Below are positions 14,717 through 25,029 of a stretch of DNA of 64,000 bases, one piece after another; the first letter of the stretch is position 1; each line of letters starts with the position of its first letter. Origin of the DNA: Danionella cerebrum (lineage: Eukaryota); NCBI GenBank assembly GCA_007224835.1, contig SRMA01025500.1:85870-149869 (forward strand), read 5' to 3'. The translations under genes and the position numbers were made by a program. The notes beneath the pieces are model-generated. The model ran no database searches. It worked only from the letters and a program-made list of their open reading frames with translations, and was not told the DNA's origin.

Positions 14717-15196
14717 CCTCGATTCGCTTTCAAATCTCCGGAGAGTCTCCGCTTCGTCTTTAGTGGGGAATTCTTTGCAGGCTATTTGTTCCCCCGTTTC
14801 GTTGATTTTAACGGTGCGCAGGCAAACATACCAGCCCCCTTCCATAAAAACAACGACCATCCAAACTGATCCCAAGAAACAAACCCCCAGCACGTGCTTC
14901 CAAACTACAGCACAGCAATACCCCCCATACTGACCGCAGCACACGGGCTGTCGGGAGCAGCATTCAGGGCTGCCGCAGGTCTTCAGGAGCTGAGTGTCCA
15001 TCAGCATCAGGAGGAAGAACAGGATGCCAACCGGAAGGCTCAGGTAGAGCCAGCAGTGCAGCCTGGTTTGCTCGGGGGTCGTGCAGGGACACATGAACAC
15101 GAACTTGAAGAAGATAAGCATGATGATGATAAGGATGGCTGTTCTGATTGGCGCGTTTCTGAACACATAAGTCGTCAAGACCGCGTATGCAGTCAT
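14717..15196 (-). CDS. CALHM/FAM26-like four-TM protein, copy 1, first coding exon (TM1-TM3, 160 aa)
   Basis: ATG at 15194-15196 (revcomp) with A at -3. The 160-codon ORF ends at a perfect donor ...FESESR AGG|gtaagt (forward acttac at 14711-14716). Three hydrophobic helices, FVFMCPCTT (CPC motif as in CALHM FNCPCLP/FHCPCSP), a Cys-rich CGSPECCSRQPVCCGQYGGYCC loop, and MEGGWYVCLRTV (cf CALHM LLDGKCFLCAF / LLRGEAYVCAL). Two-coding-exon structure, like human CALHM1. Confidence 0.6.
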
Positions 15197-15244
15197 TTCG
15201 TTATGTTTATGTTAATAAGGTCAATTGTTGTGAACTAAAATCTC

Positions 15245-15370
15245 AGCTGTTAAATAACAGGACACGACGTTTCCCTGATATCCGCTGCTTTCTCCTCTCA
15301 TTGGATGAGACGGAGGAAAGGGCGGGACCAGCAGGATTCTCCCTCTAGTGAAAGCCTCTGATTGGACGAG
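15245..15370 (-). promoter_or_regulatory. Core promoter of CALHM-like copy 1: two CCAAT boxes, GC box, TATA-like TATTTAA
   Basis: Minus-strand reading upstream of the ATG: cgtCCAATcag (forward attgg 15361-15365), CCCGCCC (forward gggcggg ~15321-15327), catCCAATgag (forward ~15299-15305), TATTTAA (forward ttaaata ~15250-15256), about 55 nt before the ATG. Confidence 0.45.
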
Positions 15371-16166
15371 AGCTTGTTTACATGCGTGGACCTGTGCGTG
15401 GACTGGATGCATGGATACATGGCATCCCTTTGGGTCTCGTTTCACTTTTAACCTACTCTTCAGTGATAGAGATGCCTTTTAAAACAATTCCCTTACCAGG
15501 GTTATAGTATGTAGTCTGGTGGAGAGTCAGTGGACTGCACACTGTAAAATAGTTTTTTTTTTTTTCAAATTAATTGTATAAGTTGTTTAAGCTTTGCAAT
15601 ATTAGTTAATATTAAGCCAGTGGTATGAAGTGTCATCACATGGGGCACAGCAGCCATTTTGTTTATATTTTCTACGAGGAGTCGCGCTTGAATTGTTTTG
15701 GGGTTAAATATTGACAATTTTTTTTAAAAATAAACTGTTTTAATGTCAATATTAGAGCATTGATTACAAAATATTGAGAAAGTGTCAGTGATGTCACCCT
15801 TTAGTTTCTGGAAAAGAGGCTCAGAGTGGGCATCACCAGCAATCATTAAAGTGCGTCACGTAATTGAAAAAGGGAAAAGATCCACAAAGACACGACATGG
15901 GTGTAGAAACCACACTAAATGATAAATTTGTTAAAATAAACAAACGGCAGTAAAATGACAACCTTCTCGCTGGAAGGCCACAGTGCTACCCACTGCGCCA
16001 CCGTGCCTCCTGCGCCATGTTCAAAGTCACTTAAATATAACAGATTTATATTTCTTATCTTTGTTGATTTATTTACGTATAAAATTGTTTTATGTCTTTT
16101 CTGTGAAGAAAATGAGCAAAGCATAATCATTTATCTTCAGCTAAAGAGATGAAGGGTTTTGAGTTC

Positions 16167-16180
16167 CTGTCTCAACCGCT
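16167..16180 (+). promoter_or_regulatory. CTCF-like motif ccgctagatggcgc between the divergent CALHM-like and parp4 starts
   Basis: Matches CCASYAGRKGGCRS at 13 of 14 positions. Sits between the head-to-head gene 5' ends. Confidence 0.35.
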
Positions 16181-16189
16181 AGATGGCGC

Positions 16190-16375
16190 TTGACTAATGT
16201 TTTGATTCTCAGGAAGAAACGGGGGCGTGTCTTTACTGTAATGTGTGTGTCACTCCGGAGAGTCAGGAAGCGTCCTTTTACCGAACTTAAGAAAGACCAC
16301 AATTTATTGTTGTCCACAGCTTTTACTACATTTTCATCAACTTTAACGTGTCATTCGACTCTGTCTCCGTCCACC
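16190..16375 (+). other. parp4: Putative parp4 non-coding first exon (5' UTR), donor CC|gtaaga at 16376
   Basis: GC box gggggcgtg at ~16228. gtaaga donor at 16376. Strong acceptor ttacatatctcctctggtttag|ACCATGG just upstream of the start codon. No EST evidence available, so speculative. Confidence 0.3.
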
Positions 16376-16625
16376 GTAAGATATTTTTCCTTCTGTTAAT
16401 GACAGGACCGCACGAGAAAGAAAACGCAGCAAGTTTTGTTTTTAGCTAATCACGCCAGCTGTTGAATTAATGTCGTCGCTACATAGAACACGTACAGATT
16501 TGCGCTATCCATTGTTTTTAACTAATTTGCAATCCCTATGCTTTAGTTTCAATTACAGCCGTAGTTAAATCGTTTGCTATTTATTATTTGTTTAACATTA
16601 TTACATATCTCCTCTGGTTTAGACC

Positions 16626-16751
16626 ATGGCAGTGTTTGAAAACTGTACTGCGGTGTTAGATCTGAAGAATGTACCCTTTAAAGAGAAGCAGAAGCTGAAG
16701 AGAGCTCTTCTGGAGAATGGAGGAAACCTCTCATTCGTCATCAACAAACAG
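16626..16751 (+). CDS. parp4: parp4 exon with start codon (BRCT domain N-terminal part)
   Basis: Kozak gaccATGG. MAVFENCTAVLDLKNVPFKEKQKLKRALLENGGNLSFVINKQ aligns with the human PARP4 N-terminus MVMGIFANCIFCLKVKYLPQQQKKKLQTDIKENGGKFSFSLNPQ. Donor CAG|gtttgt. Confidence 0.85.
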
Positions 16752-16818
16752 GTTTGTATTCTCCCTTTATGTTATATAAAAGAATCAAATCAATTAAGAT
16801 TGTCTCTCTGTTCTCCAG

Positions 16819-17014
16819 TGCTCTTTTGTGGTCATCAGCAGTTTCAGTGACTTGAGCAGTAACCGGCAGCGCAGTATCCAGAAGCTCCAGATCCCCGTGG
16901 TTGAGACCCAATATATCTGGAGCTGCCTGGATGAAGAACGTCTTCTACCTTTGACGGAGCACAATCTGATCTCAAGATTGTCAAATCCCACTTCGGAATC
17001 TTTCTGGCAGCCAG
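16819..17014 (+). CDS. parp4: parp4 exon (BRCT domain C-terminal part)
   Basis: Acceptor ttctccag. CSFVVISSFSDLSSNRQRSIQKLQIPVVETQYIWSCLDEERLL matches human THIILDNADVL...HIANPDFIWKSIREKRLL. Donor G|gtacag, phase 1. Confidence 0.8.
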
Positions 17015-17539
17015 GTACAGCATTCGCGCATTCACTTTGCAACCACCGTGATCACCAGATGCCCATATTCTAATATTGGTGTGTATTTCTTACTAAAGCT
17101 TTCCTTACATAAAAAACTGGAAATGTACTTGCACAAAAATAAAAAATTCAGATGTTTGCAAGTCCCTGCATCACAATAAACGTGACAGTGAGCGCACATA
17201 CAAAAGCAGAACACCCCAAATAACTCAAAACCTGTTTGCATACATTTAAATTTGTAAATGAGGTCATGTCCCGTGGAGGAGGGCGTTGTGTTCTAGAGTA
17301 GCCTTTCCCCCTCGCTTTCTGTCCTTCTAAATAAAGGCTACGACTAAGACAAAATCTTTCAAAAATATGGTAATGAGCTCACTTGTAATGAAAAAATGTT
17401 TAAACTGAACGGAGAACGCTTTTGGCAGCCGAAAGGGAAGGGAAATGTTTTACTTTGTAGAACAAAGTATCTTTTTTGTTATCAATAAAATAAAAAATCT
17501 AATTTGAAAGTTTGGTCGGGTCGTCACATTGGATGTCTC

Positions 17540-17790
17540 TCAGTTGGTAGGGTTGTCAGTTCATCAAGTGGGTGGGTGGAGTTAGCATGTTCTCTCCCCT
17601 TGGTTGCATGGGCTTTCTCGAGGTACTCCGGTTTCCCCCACACATGAAATTAAGTACATTAAATACTCTACATTTGTACTTAGGGGAGAGTTTGTCAGTG
17701 AATTTGTGTGTGTTGCCCTGTAATGGACTGAAGACCTGTACAGGGTCCACCCTGCTTTTCGCCCAATGTGTGCTAGAGAACCCTTAAATA
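17540..17790 (+). mobile_element. tRNA-derived SINE (DANA-related core)
   Basis: gcatgttctctccccttggttgcatgggctttctc...ggtttcccccacacatg and ...tgtacagggtccaccctgcttttcgcccaatgtgtgctagag are conserved teleost SINE core and tail motifs. Confidence 0.55.
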
Positions 17791-18486
17791 TTAAGCAGGT
17801 GACAAAAGTAAATGATTAAGTTTCTCTGATGCTATCAATGCTATGTTCTGAAAACTGCTGACTCAATAAAAGTGGTCAGATGTTTGGATTGAATTCAAAA
17901 AGAGAAGCACTTTGCTCTTACGAAGTGCTTTATGTCTCAAGAGTTGGTGTATGACAAATTAAAAGTCTCGTATTCTCATGTAAATTAACCCTGGTGCCAA
18001 AGCTAATAGGGATGTGAACCTTGTGAACAGAATCCTCAGTTCCTCATTTGAATAACTCCTGTATAAATTATTTTTAGTGTCACGTGTGAAAAGGCAGATG
18101 TCAGGTAATGAAACACACATCTTTTTCTGCTGTACAAAACGTAGTCATCTTTTATACTCTAAAGAAGGCTGGAAGTATTCCAGATTTATCAAATTATTTT
18201 GGTATTCTGAAAGATTGCATTTAAACGTAGATTTGATTGAGGCTCACAATCTTTGCTTCTAGAGCAGATGTCAAACGTTTGTTTTAACTGATAGTGTAAC
18301 TAAGGAACAATGTGTAGGCTGTGTTTGCTTACATTGGGTGTGTTTGTGTCTTGTTGCACAATTTATGGCCATATGGTGCAGAGCATTGTGTTGAGAAAAA
18401 ATGCATTTTTTTAAAAAAAGATATATGTATATATTATTAATGTATTTTGCGGAGAGGTTAACTCTGTGCTGTTTTGCCCCTTACAG

Positions 18487-18601
18487 AGGTTATAGTATCG
18501 ACTCAGAAAGTTGATAAAAAAGTGACCAAAGGTCAGGCTGAGCTGCGAAAGACTGAGGCTGGGATTCCTGAGAAGGGTGGAGTCTGGCCTGGCAAATTCA
18601 A
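18487..18601 (+). CDS. parp4: parp4 exon
   Basis: Acceptor ccccttacag, phase 1 in, 2 out. EVIVSTQKVDKKVTKGQAELRKTEAGIPEKGGVWPGKF. Donor AA|gtatga. Linker region, weakly conserved. Confidence 0.65.
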
Positions 18602-18684
18602 GTATGAACAGTGTATTCATTTTGACTAAGTCCTGTTTTTTGTGGTTGAGCAATCAATTAATCTTTTTCGGTTTCAATTTGCAG

Positions 18685-18760
18685 AGTCTTTAAACAAGGC
18701 GACCATTTGCCTGAGTTTCCTTCTTCTTTTCAAGTGGCCAAGTTTTCAATTTCTGAGAGA
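18685..18760 (+). CDS. parp4: parp4 exon
   Basis: Acceptor tttcaatttgcag. KVFKQGDHLPEFPSSFQVAKFSISER matches human HLPQDFEVAKYNTLEK. Donor AGA|gtgagt. Confidence 0.7.
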
Positions 18761-18799
18761 GTGAGTGAAAGGATAGTTTTCATATATGTACTGTATTTC

Positions 18800-19170
18800 A
18801 AGTCATGCATTCTTTACATAACTTTGATTTGTTTTGGAGAAAAAACAGTTTAGCACAATTCAAGTTTAAAATTTTTAAAAGTTTAAATCAGAAAGTTTCA
18901 AGTAAAATCAAAAATATTTCCCCAAAATTCCGAAATTTTCAATTGAATGCAAAAAAAATCCTCCAAAGATTAGACAATTACAAGTGAAATCAAAAATATT
19001 TCCCAAACATTCGGAAATTTCCAAATAAAAATAATACAAAATTTATACATTTTTAAGTGGAAGCACAAATATTGTGCCAAAAAGTCAGAAGTTTTCAGGT
19101 GAAGGCAAAAATATTTCACATAAATGCTGAAATTTTCAAGTGAAAAAAAAAGTATTAAAAACAAAACCAC
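18800..19170. repeat. Degenerate tandem repeat (~60-70-bp A-rich units) in parp4 intron
   Basis: Repeating caagtgaaatcaaaaatatttcccaaacattcggaaatttccaaat-like units. Confidence 0.55.
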
Positions 19171-19390
19171 TCTTAACAGACTTTCTCCGTTTAGCAACTA
19201 AACGACACGCTCCTTACACAGAACAGCCTCTAGCAGCTCGATGCTGCGAAGTTAAAAATCTTTTGTCTATCTTAACGTGTCAGAACACTTCTTTGCGATA
19301 TTAACATGTATACGTTATTCCCCGTCTGATGCTGACTGAGCCTTTTACGTTATTTTCAACAGTAACAGTGTTCATTTTCCATTTTTAGGT

Positions 19391-19453
19391 AAATTTGGTA
19401 CTTCCTGTTTCAAAAGGAAACGTGCCTCAGTTTCTTTTAAGACAATCTTACGT
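19391..19453 (+). CDS. parp4: Candidate small parp4 exon (weak donor), would encode VNLVLPVSKGNVPQFLLRQSY
   Basis: Acceptor ttcattttccatttttag|GTA. Only a phase 0/0 solution uses the weak donor TAC|gttgcc. The peptide would fill the human segment ...DCPFLISSHFLLDD missing between neighbouring exons. Could equally be absent in fish. Confidence 0.25.
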
Positions 19454-20739
19454 TGCCTGGTTCTGTTAGTATGCATGGAAAACATCTCAGAACGTGAATG
19501 TGCTAGAACACCTGTATCTCCCTTTGTTTCTTCCTGACACGACTCATAAATATTCCTTTCATAAAAGCTGTAGTAAAGCTCCCTGCTGAGTCACAGGGGT
19601 GTCGCTAACTTTAAATCACGTTGCGATGAGTACTGTGAGAAGTTTTTGCTTTCAGATGAAAAAGTAAGCATTTGTTTATTCTTTCAAATTTTGCTTTCCA
19701 TTTTTTTACCCAAGTATACCAATTCTGATGACATGGAGACAGTGTTGTGTCTCAATTTCACACACACAATATTTTCACTTAAATAGTGCTAAGAACAGCA
19801 TTGGTTTGTTTGGCAAGATATTAAACTGAATATGGGGTTGCAAAGATGGGGTTTTAAATGTAGAAAGCTATCTTCCTGATCAACATGAATTGATTAATTG
19901 AAATGTCGTTATATAAGATATGAAAGCTACAAAGCCTTTTGGCTCCAGAGACAAAGCCCTACTGTGTTTTTTCAGCTTTACAAGCAGAAGTGGTGAACAG
20001 TACAGTTTTAACAAGAACACCAGAGTGTTACGCCCCAAATTGGATGGTAAATAAATGGCTCATGGAGCGCACAGTGAGAAGTAATAAAAATAAGAGTGAA
20101 ATGTCTGGTTGTGGTGTTTTGAGTGTCTAAAAATCCCTTAAATCCCAGACAAAAGTAAAATGCAAACTTGGCTAAACTATTAAAAGATAAACACTAATAA
20201 ATTCACAAACACAAACACGCTGCACAAACCGGAACCCAAATAAATAATAATAATACTACTAATAATAATAATGATATAACTGGAATATGTTTAAGGAAGG
20301 ATTCTCTCACTCAACTCAACTAAAGTTACTAGAAAGACACACTCAATTCTCGCGATAATCACCCAGACACACACACATTGCTGATTACATACACACTGGT
20401 GGAAAAATACGCCCATGTGGAGTGATGCCACAGAGCAAAGGAAATGGGTTGCGACTTAACAGTACGACTTAACGTCAAAAGCTCCCCAAAGAGGAGCATG
20501 AATCACGAGCGGCAGAGGAGCAGCACTCATTGGCCAGAGGGCACTTCAGATGAGAGGGGCCTTGTGTGTTTTATAGGCCCGCCCCTTCCCGTGATTGGCA
20601 GACAACTCTCCATCCCCATTCAATCCTCCAATCCACTCACACATAGACATAAAAAGGAAACTAGCGTGAGTACAAAAACATGGAAAAGAATAATAAAATC
20701 ACTATGTAATCCATATACTAAATAATATAAACAAAACAA

Positions 20740-21130
20740 CACGATCCCCTAGGAATCGTAACAAGAGGCATGACAGTTATTATTAAATACCTTCACATAA
20801 TGTGATTTCGTACTTGGTGGAATAATCACAGATGTTGGATATTTCTTGTAGTTGGCACCAGGTTTGCCCCACTCCTCTGCTGATTCTTTACCAGTTGCAG
20901 CTTGAACCGTCAGCTCACTACACAGATTTCTCATGGAATTAAAGTCTGGACACGGGCTCATCCGCATTGGACACTGATCAGCACTTCTATTTTTAAATGA
21001 ATTATTGTTGCAGCATTTTTCTCCACTACCATTTATGTTATAGGTCCACCCTAAAACTTTGGCAGTTGTGGAGTTACAGCGTGCCAGAGGACCAGGAGCC
21101 CAACAGTATCGTGTACTCTGTTCAACCTTA
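20740..21130 (-). mobile_element. Tc1-like transposase C-terminal fragment (in parp4 intron)
   Basis: Minus ORF ...SPCPDFNSMRNLCSELTVQAATGKESAEEWGKPGANYKKYPTSVI matches the Tc1 transposase PDLNPIENLW.ELK...EEWAKIP...L...Y.KRL..VI tail. Confidence 0.5.
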
Positions 21131-21217
21131 GATGAAGCACAGGTTCGATCGTTGATTTTTTATAAAGTAGTTTGGGTTCATTTATTCTTAAGTGTTGAAT
21201 TCGTCTTGTGGTGACAG

Positions 21218-21376
21218 ACTACAGTGGTCCAGGACAGACTTGTGTTCTGTGAGACGTCTGAAGATGCTTTGGAAGCCTATCTAATGCTGATGAGGGATAT
21301 GGAGAATCAGGGATTCAAGAAGACTATCAAACTTCCTTCTGAGGTTGAGCGCTTGGCATCTTACAGCTTGCAGCAG
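21218..21376 (+). CDS. parp4: parp4 exon
   Basis: Acceptor tcttgtggtgacag. TTVVQDRLVFCETSEDALEAYLMLMRDMENQGFKKTIKLPSEVERLASYSLQQ matches human RRQFAIKKTSEDASEYFENYIEELKKQGFLLREHFTPEATQLASEQLQA. Donor CAG|gtcata. Confidence 0.8.
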
Positions 21377-21462
21377 GTCATACAAAATCTGACCTAGTTT
21401 TTTTTATTTTATTAATGCAAAGTATTCATATAATAGTGTGATGTTTCTGCTTTCGTTATCAG

Positions 21463-21600
21463 CTTTTGCTGGAGGGGAAGCTGAACAGCAGTACATTGTC
21501 ACAGGAAGTTGGAGTCTTTGTGGAACTGATCTGGACAGAAGCTCTCGGCTCTCTTGTTAACATCCTGAAAGTCCCGATCTCCAAGATCAGCCTCAATGAT
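21463..21600 (+). CDS. parp4: parp4 exon (PARP regulatory/helical region)
   Basis: LLLEGKLNSSTLSQEVGVFVELIWTEALGSLVNILKVPISKISLND matches human LLLEEVMNSSTLSQEVSDLVEMIWAEALGHLEHMLLKPVNRISLND. Donor GAT|gtgagg. Confidence 0.85.
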
Positions 21601-21673
21601 GTGAGGATGAGCTTAGGGGTCGACATTTGTTACGGTTTCATGTGTAACGTATTTCCTGCTTGTGCTGTCACAG

Positions 21674-21832
21674 GTGAGCAGGGTTGAGGGATTGTTACTG
21701 CAGGCACAAAAAACACAGAATGAGGAGGAGGTCAAGGCTCTGCTGGAGGAGGCCAACACTCTTCTTCCTCTAAATATGGCAGACCCTCCTTCCAAAAACA
21801 AGCTTGTGTCTCAGAAACTAGACCTTTGCCAG
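21674..21832 (+). CDS. parp4: parp4 exon
   Basis: Acceptor tgtgctgtcacag. VSRVEGLLLQAQKTQNEEEVKALLEEANTLLPLNMADPPSKNKLVSQKLDLCQ matches human VSKAEGILLLVKAALKNGETAEQLQKMMTEFYRLIPHKGTMPKEVNLGLLAKKADLCQ. Donor CAG|gtaagg. Confidence 0.85.
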
Positions 21833-23689
21833 GTAAGGGATTTATTAATTGTGGGGCAAATATATACTGATTTAAATTTTTTTGTTAGTTTGTTTTAATC
21901 CCTTAAAACTTCATTTTTTTCACGTGAAGTCTACATTAGTGATGAGAAGTTTGATGTAAATTCGCAGTTTCTAAAGCACCTGCCGACATTGGCTGATAAC
22001 ACCAATTTAATCATAGCTAAGATTCGAACTGGAGGCCACAAATTATTTTTACCCAAGAGCAGAAGTGTGTAAAACAAAATGGAGTAAGTGCCTATTATGT
22101 CTTAGACCCTACAAATAAATAACAGGAAAGTAGTTCTTCTTCTCTCATGCACCACCAGTAGTTGACAAAATGACTTATGGTTTGAACTGCATGCTCTAGA
22201 AACAAAATACTTTGTTTAGTTCTTTCATTTTTCAAGCTTGTGCCAATTCCAGTGGATTTTGTGTTAATAATTTAATGAATAATAGTAACACAATGCTCAC
22301 CAAAGTGGTCTTAAGGCTTCATCTCAGTAATGCGTTAGTATTTTGTCTCAAAACTTGGTGAATTTTATAAGGACCACGTTTTTAGATTGTCTGCTCAATT
22401 TCAACAAAGTGCCCACTAGTGGTCAGGAGATTTGAAAAATCTCCATACCAGTTTGTCTTATTATAATCGGATGATTTCTAGTTTTACTGTGAGCTGTTTC
22501 ATTTGCAATATTTTGCAAAAGTATCATTATATCAAAACTTGCCTTGTATATTTGTCACCATGTCCTAAAGGGAATTAAATTAAATGAACAAAAATTAACT
22601 TTTGCTATTTGTAGAGTATAAGAATCTTTTCCTTTCGGCTATTCATAGTTTAGGGGTCGCTGCAGCGAATCATCTGTTTCCTTAGTAACTCTTTCCTCAG
22701 TATCCTCTACTCTTGCACCACTAAATTTATGTCCTCTTTCAGCACATCCATATCTGTTTTTTTTTTTTTACACATTTTTTATCATAATCAATGGACTTCC
22801 TGACTGCCATATGCAAAGTTTCACAAAACATTTAAGTGAATAAGGAAATCTCTCACTCCGCACTTTTGGTAAACGTTTTCATAAGACGGTTTGGGTAATG
22901 AGATGCCATGGGGACGGCTTTGGGTAAAAATAGGCGTGTAATAACCACTGCTCATTTCCTCTTACGTGTAATTTAATAACTGAGTGTTTGTGCTTCATAT
23001 AACAGATTAGAAATAAATGATTTGCTCATATGCTTCTGAACTTTGTTAATTATGGTGATCATTGTTTACAGTGGGAACACAATGAAATAGCTGCAGATAT
23101 TGTGGTCCGGAAATAAGGCATCCCGTATAATTTAGGTCTGTTTAGTACAGCTGATGAAATCTTAAATAGCTCAGATGTAATTACCAGCGTTACTGCCTTT
23201 GTCCACAGCTGCGTGGTAATTAAATCAAGGCTTTTCTGGATTTATCAAAAGTTTTGTACAGGTTGTATTTTAATCACTGCAGAAATTAGATAATAGAAAC
23301 ACTTAAGTGATCAGCTATTAGAACACCGCCTTTCTCCAAAAACAAATGTGCCAGGCCACTCACCACTCACCACTCACTGATTGGATTGTTTCTCAAGCAT
23401 TTTAACAGACCGTGTTTGCACCATATTTTTGCCCTTTAAAATAATACGAAATTAACAGTTTTATTATTTGAAATAAAGTAAACGGAACAGTTTTCAGTAG
23501 ATAGTGATCAATGTATGCATGCTAATTTAAAGTGTTTAGGGTGTTGTGGCATTTTATTTCAGTCAAATGTCAACTTTTTAACTCCTCCTAGACTGTTGAC
23601 TTCCACAAAATTTGTTCCTGATTGTCGTTATCAAAAATAAATTACATTTGTGACATTTTTTTCAGATTAAAAAGCAATCATAATGTAAT

Positions 23690-23825
23690 GGTATATTGCT
23701 ACAACATCTCATTGTATTGCCCTTGCCTTGGTGTACCCCTGCCTCTCGCTCAATGTGCGCTGGAGACCCCCGTGACCTCAAAAGGGAATAAGTGTGTTGG
23801 AAAATGAATGAAGGAATTTTTATTG
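23690..23825. mobile_element. DANA-like SINE 3' fragment
   Basis: cccctgcctctcgctcaatgtgcgctggagacccccgtgacctcaaaagggaataagtgtgttggaaaatgaatgaaggaa resembles the DANA terminal region (..GGCGACCCC..AATAAAGGGACTAAGCC..AAAATGAATGAATG). A second copy is at 9120-9205. Confidence 0.45.
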
Positions 23826-24029
23826 TATTGACACAAAACTCGGTGTCTATTATAATAACCATGAGCTGATGTTGCTTACACAGTTTCAATGATTTCTGGT
23901 TCCCTTTTGGAACTCTTTTTTCCAGTGGCTGCTTCCATGATTCATGGTTTTAATGAATTAAAAAATACAATGGTTTTATAACAAGCTCACATTTATTCTC
24001 AAGTAGCATCACCTTTCTGGTTTCTGCAG

Positions 24030-24181
24030 CTGATCAGAGATATTGTGAATGTGAGTGAAGCGTCTCAGGGAAGCCCATTCCTCTCGTCTTTGGGGAAGTA
24101 TCGAGCTCTGAGGTGCAGCATTGAGGCAGTTCCATCACAAAGCCCGGAGTTTTATACAGTCTCTCAACTTCTTCACGACAG
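24030..24181 (+). CDS. parp4: parp4 exon
   Basis: Acceptor tttctgcag. LIRDIVNVSEASQGSPFLSSLGKYRALRCSIEAV... matches human LIRDMVNVCETNLSKPNPPSLAKYRALRCKIEHV. Donor AG|gtgaac, phase 2. Confidence 0.85.
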
Positions 24182-24264
24182 GTGAACTGAAACCTGACTT
24201 TTTTTATGTTACGTGCATTACATTTACTCTCAGAATGACTCTGCTACAATTGTGTCCTCTTCAG

Positions 24265-24396
24265 GCCAGTTCAAATTCAAAAGATTATGCGTGTAGAAAG
24301 AGGGGTGGAGCTTCAGATGTTTAGGCAGGAGTTAGGCAACATTAAGCCCCTCCTCCACTCCACGAGTCCTAGTAGTTTGGTTGGAATATTATCAAG
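24265..24396 (+). CDS. parp4: parp4 exon (start of PARP catalytic domain, H of the H-Y-E triad)
   Basis: Acceptor tcctcttcag. RPVQIQKIMRVERGVELQMFRQELGNIKPLLHSTSPSSLVGILS matches human ...VRPLLHGSPVQNIVGILC. Donor AG|gtaaca. Confidence 0.85.
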
Positions 24397-24507
24397 GTAA
24401 CACATCCTGCTTTGTTTTAAGTTTAAAATATATATTCATTAAATGATATGTAAATATGAATTTTTAATTAATTGTAATGAATTCAATGTGTTTTATTGAA
24501 TATTTAG

Positions 24508-24606
24508 AGGTCTCTTGCTGCCCAGAGTTGGAGTCGAACTGCACGGAATCGAGAGAACTGATATTGGGAATCTTGGAGGAGGAATCTACTTCAGTGACTC
24601 CCTAAA
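24508..24606 (+). CDS. parp4: parp4 exon (PARP catalytic, GIYFSDS motif)
   Basis: Acceptor tatttag. RGLLLPRVGVELHGIERTDIGNLGGGIYFSDSL matches human RGLLLPKVVEDRGVQRTDVGNLGSGIYFSDSL. Donor AA|gtcagt. Confidence 0.85.
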
Positions 24607-25029
24607 GTCAGTAGAAATATGCATTTATAGACTAAATGTACACTACTGCTTTAGACCAAACCACACTCTTTATGCAACATTTAATATTGCACGCACGTAT
24701 AACAAAGCATTTTAATGTAGTATTGTAATTTAATTTGACGATACAAGGCTAATTTAACCCTTATATCCCATATTTTAGGGTTATTTATTGGAATTATGTC
24801 AGTAGTATTTGAAGAAAGCACCAAAAAATATGTTTTTATCTCTCCTAAAAAAAGACGTGTTCTAGCTGTATCTCTCAAGTTTGGGAATGTAAAAAAAGTT
24901 GCACAAAATAGTTTTAACCGCAGCAGATTTATTTTATTTTTTCCTGTACAGTAGATGGCGATATGCACATAAGGGTTGTAATTCGCCAAAAACAAAAGAA
25001 GAATAAAAAGAAATTGTTTCATGATTTAT

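Noticed and set aside
14405-14869. 154-aa plus-strand ORF
   Set aside because: Antisense to the CALHM-like copy-1 first exon. Low-complexity translation with no domain-like features. The opposite strand has the coherent spliced gene.
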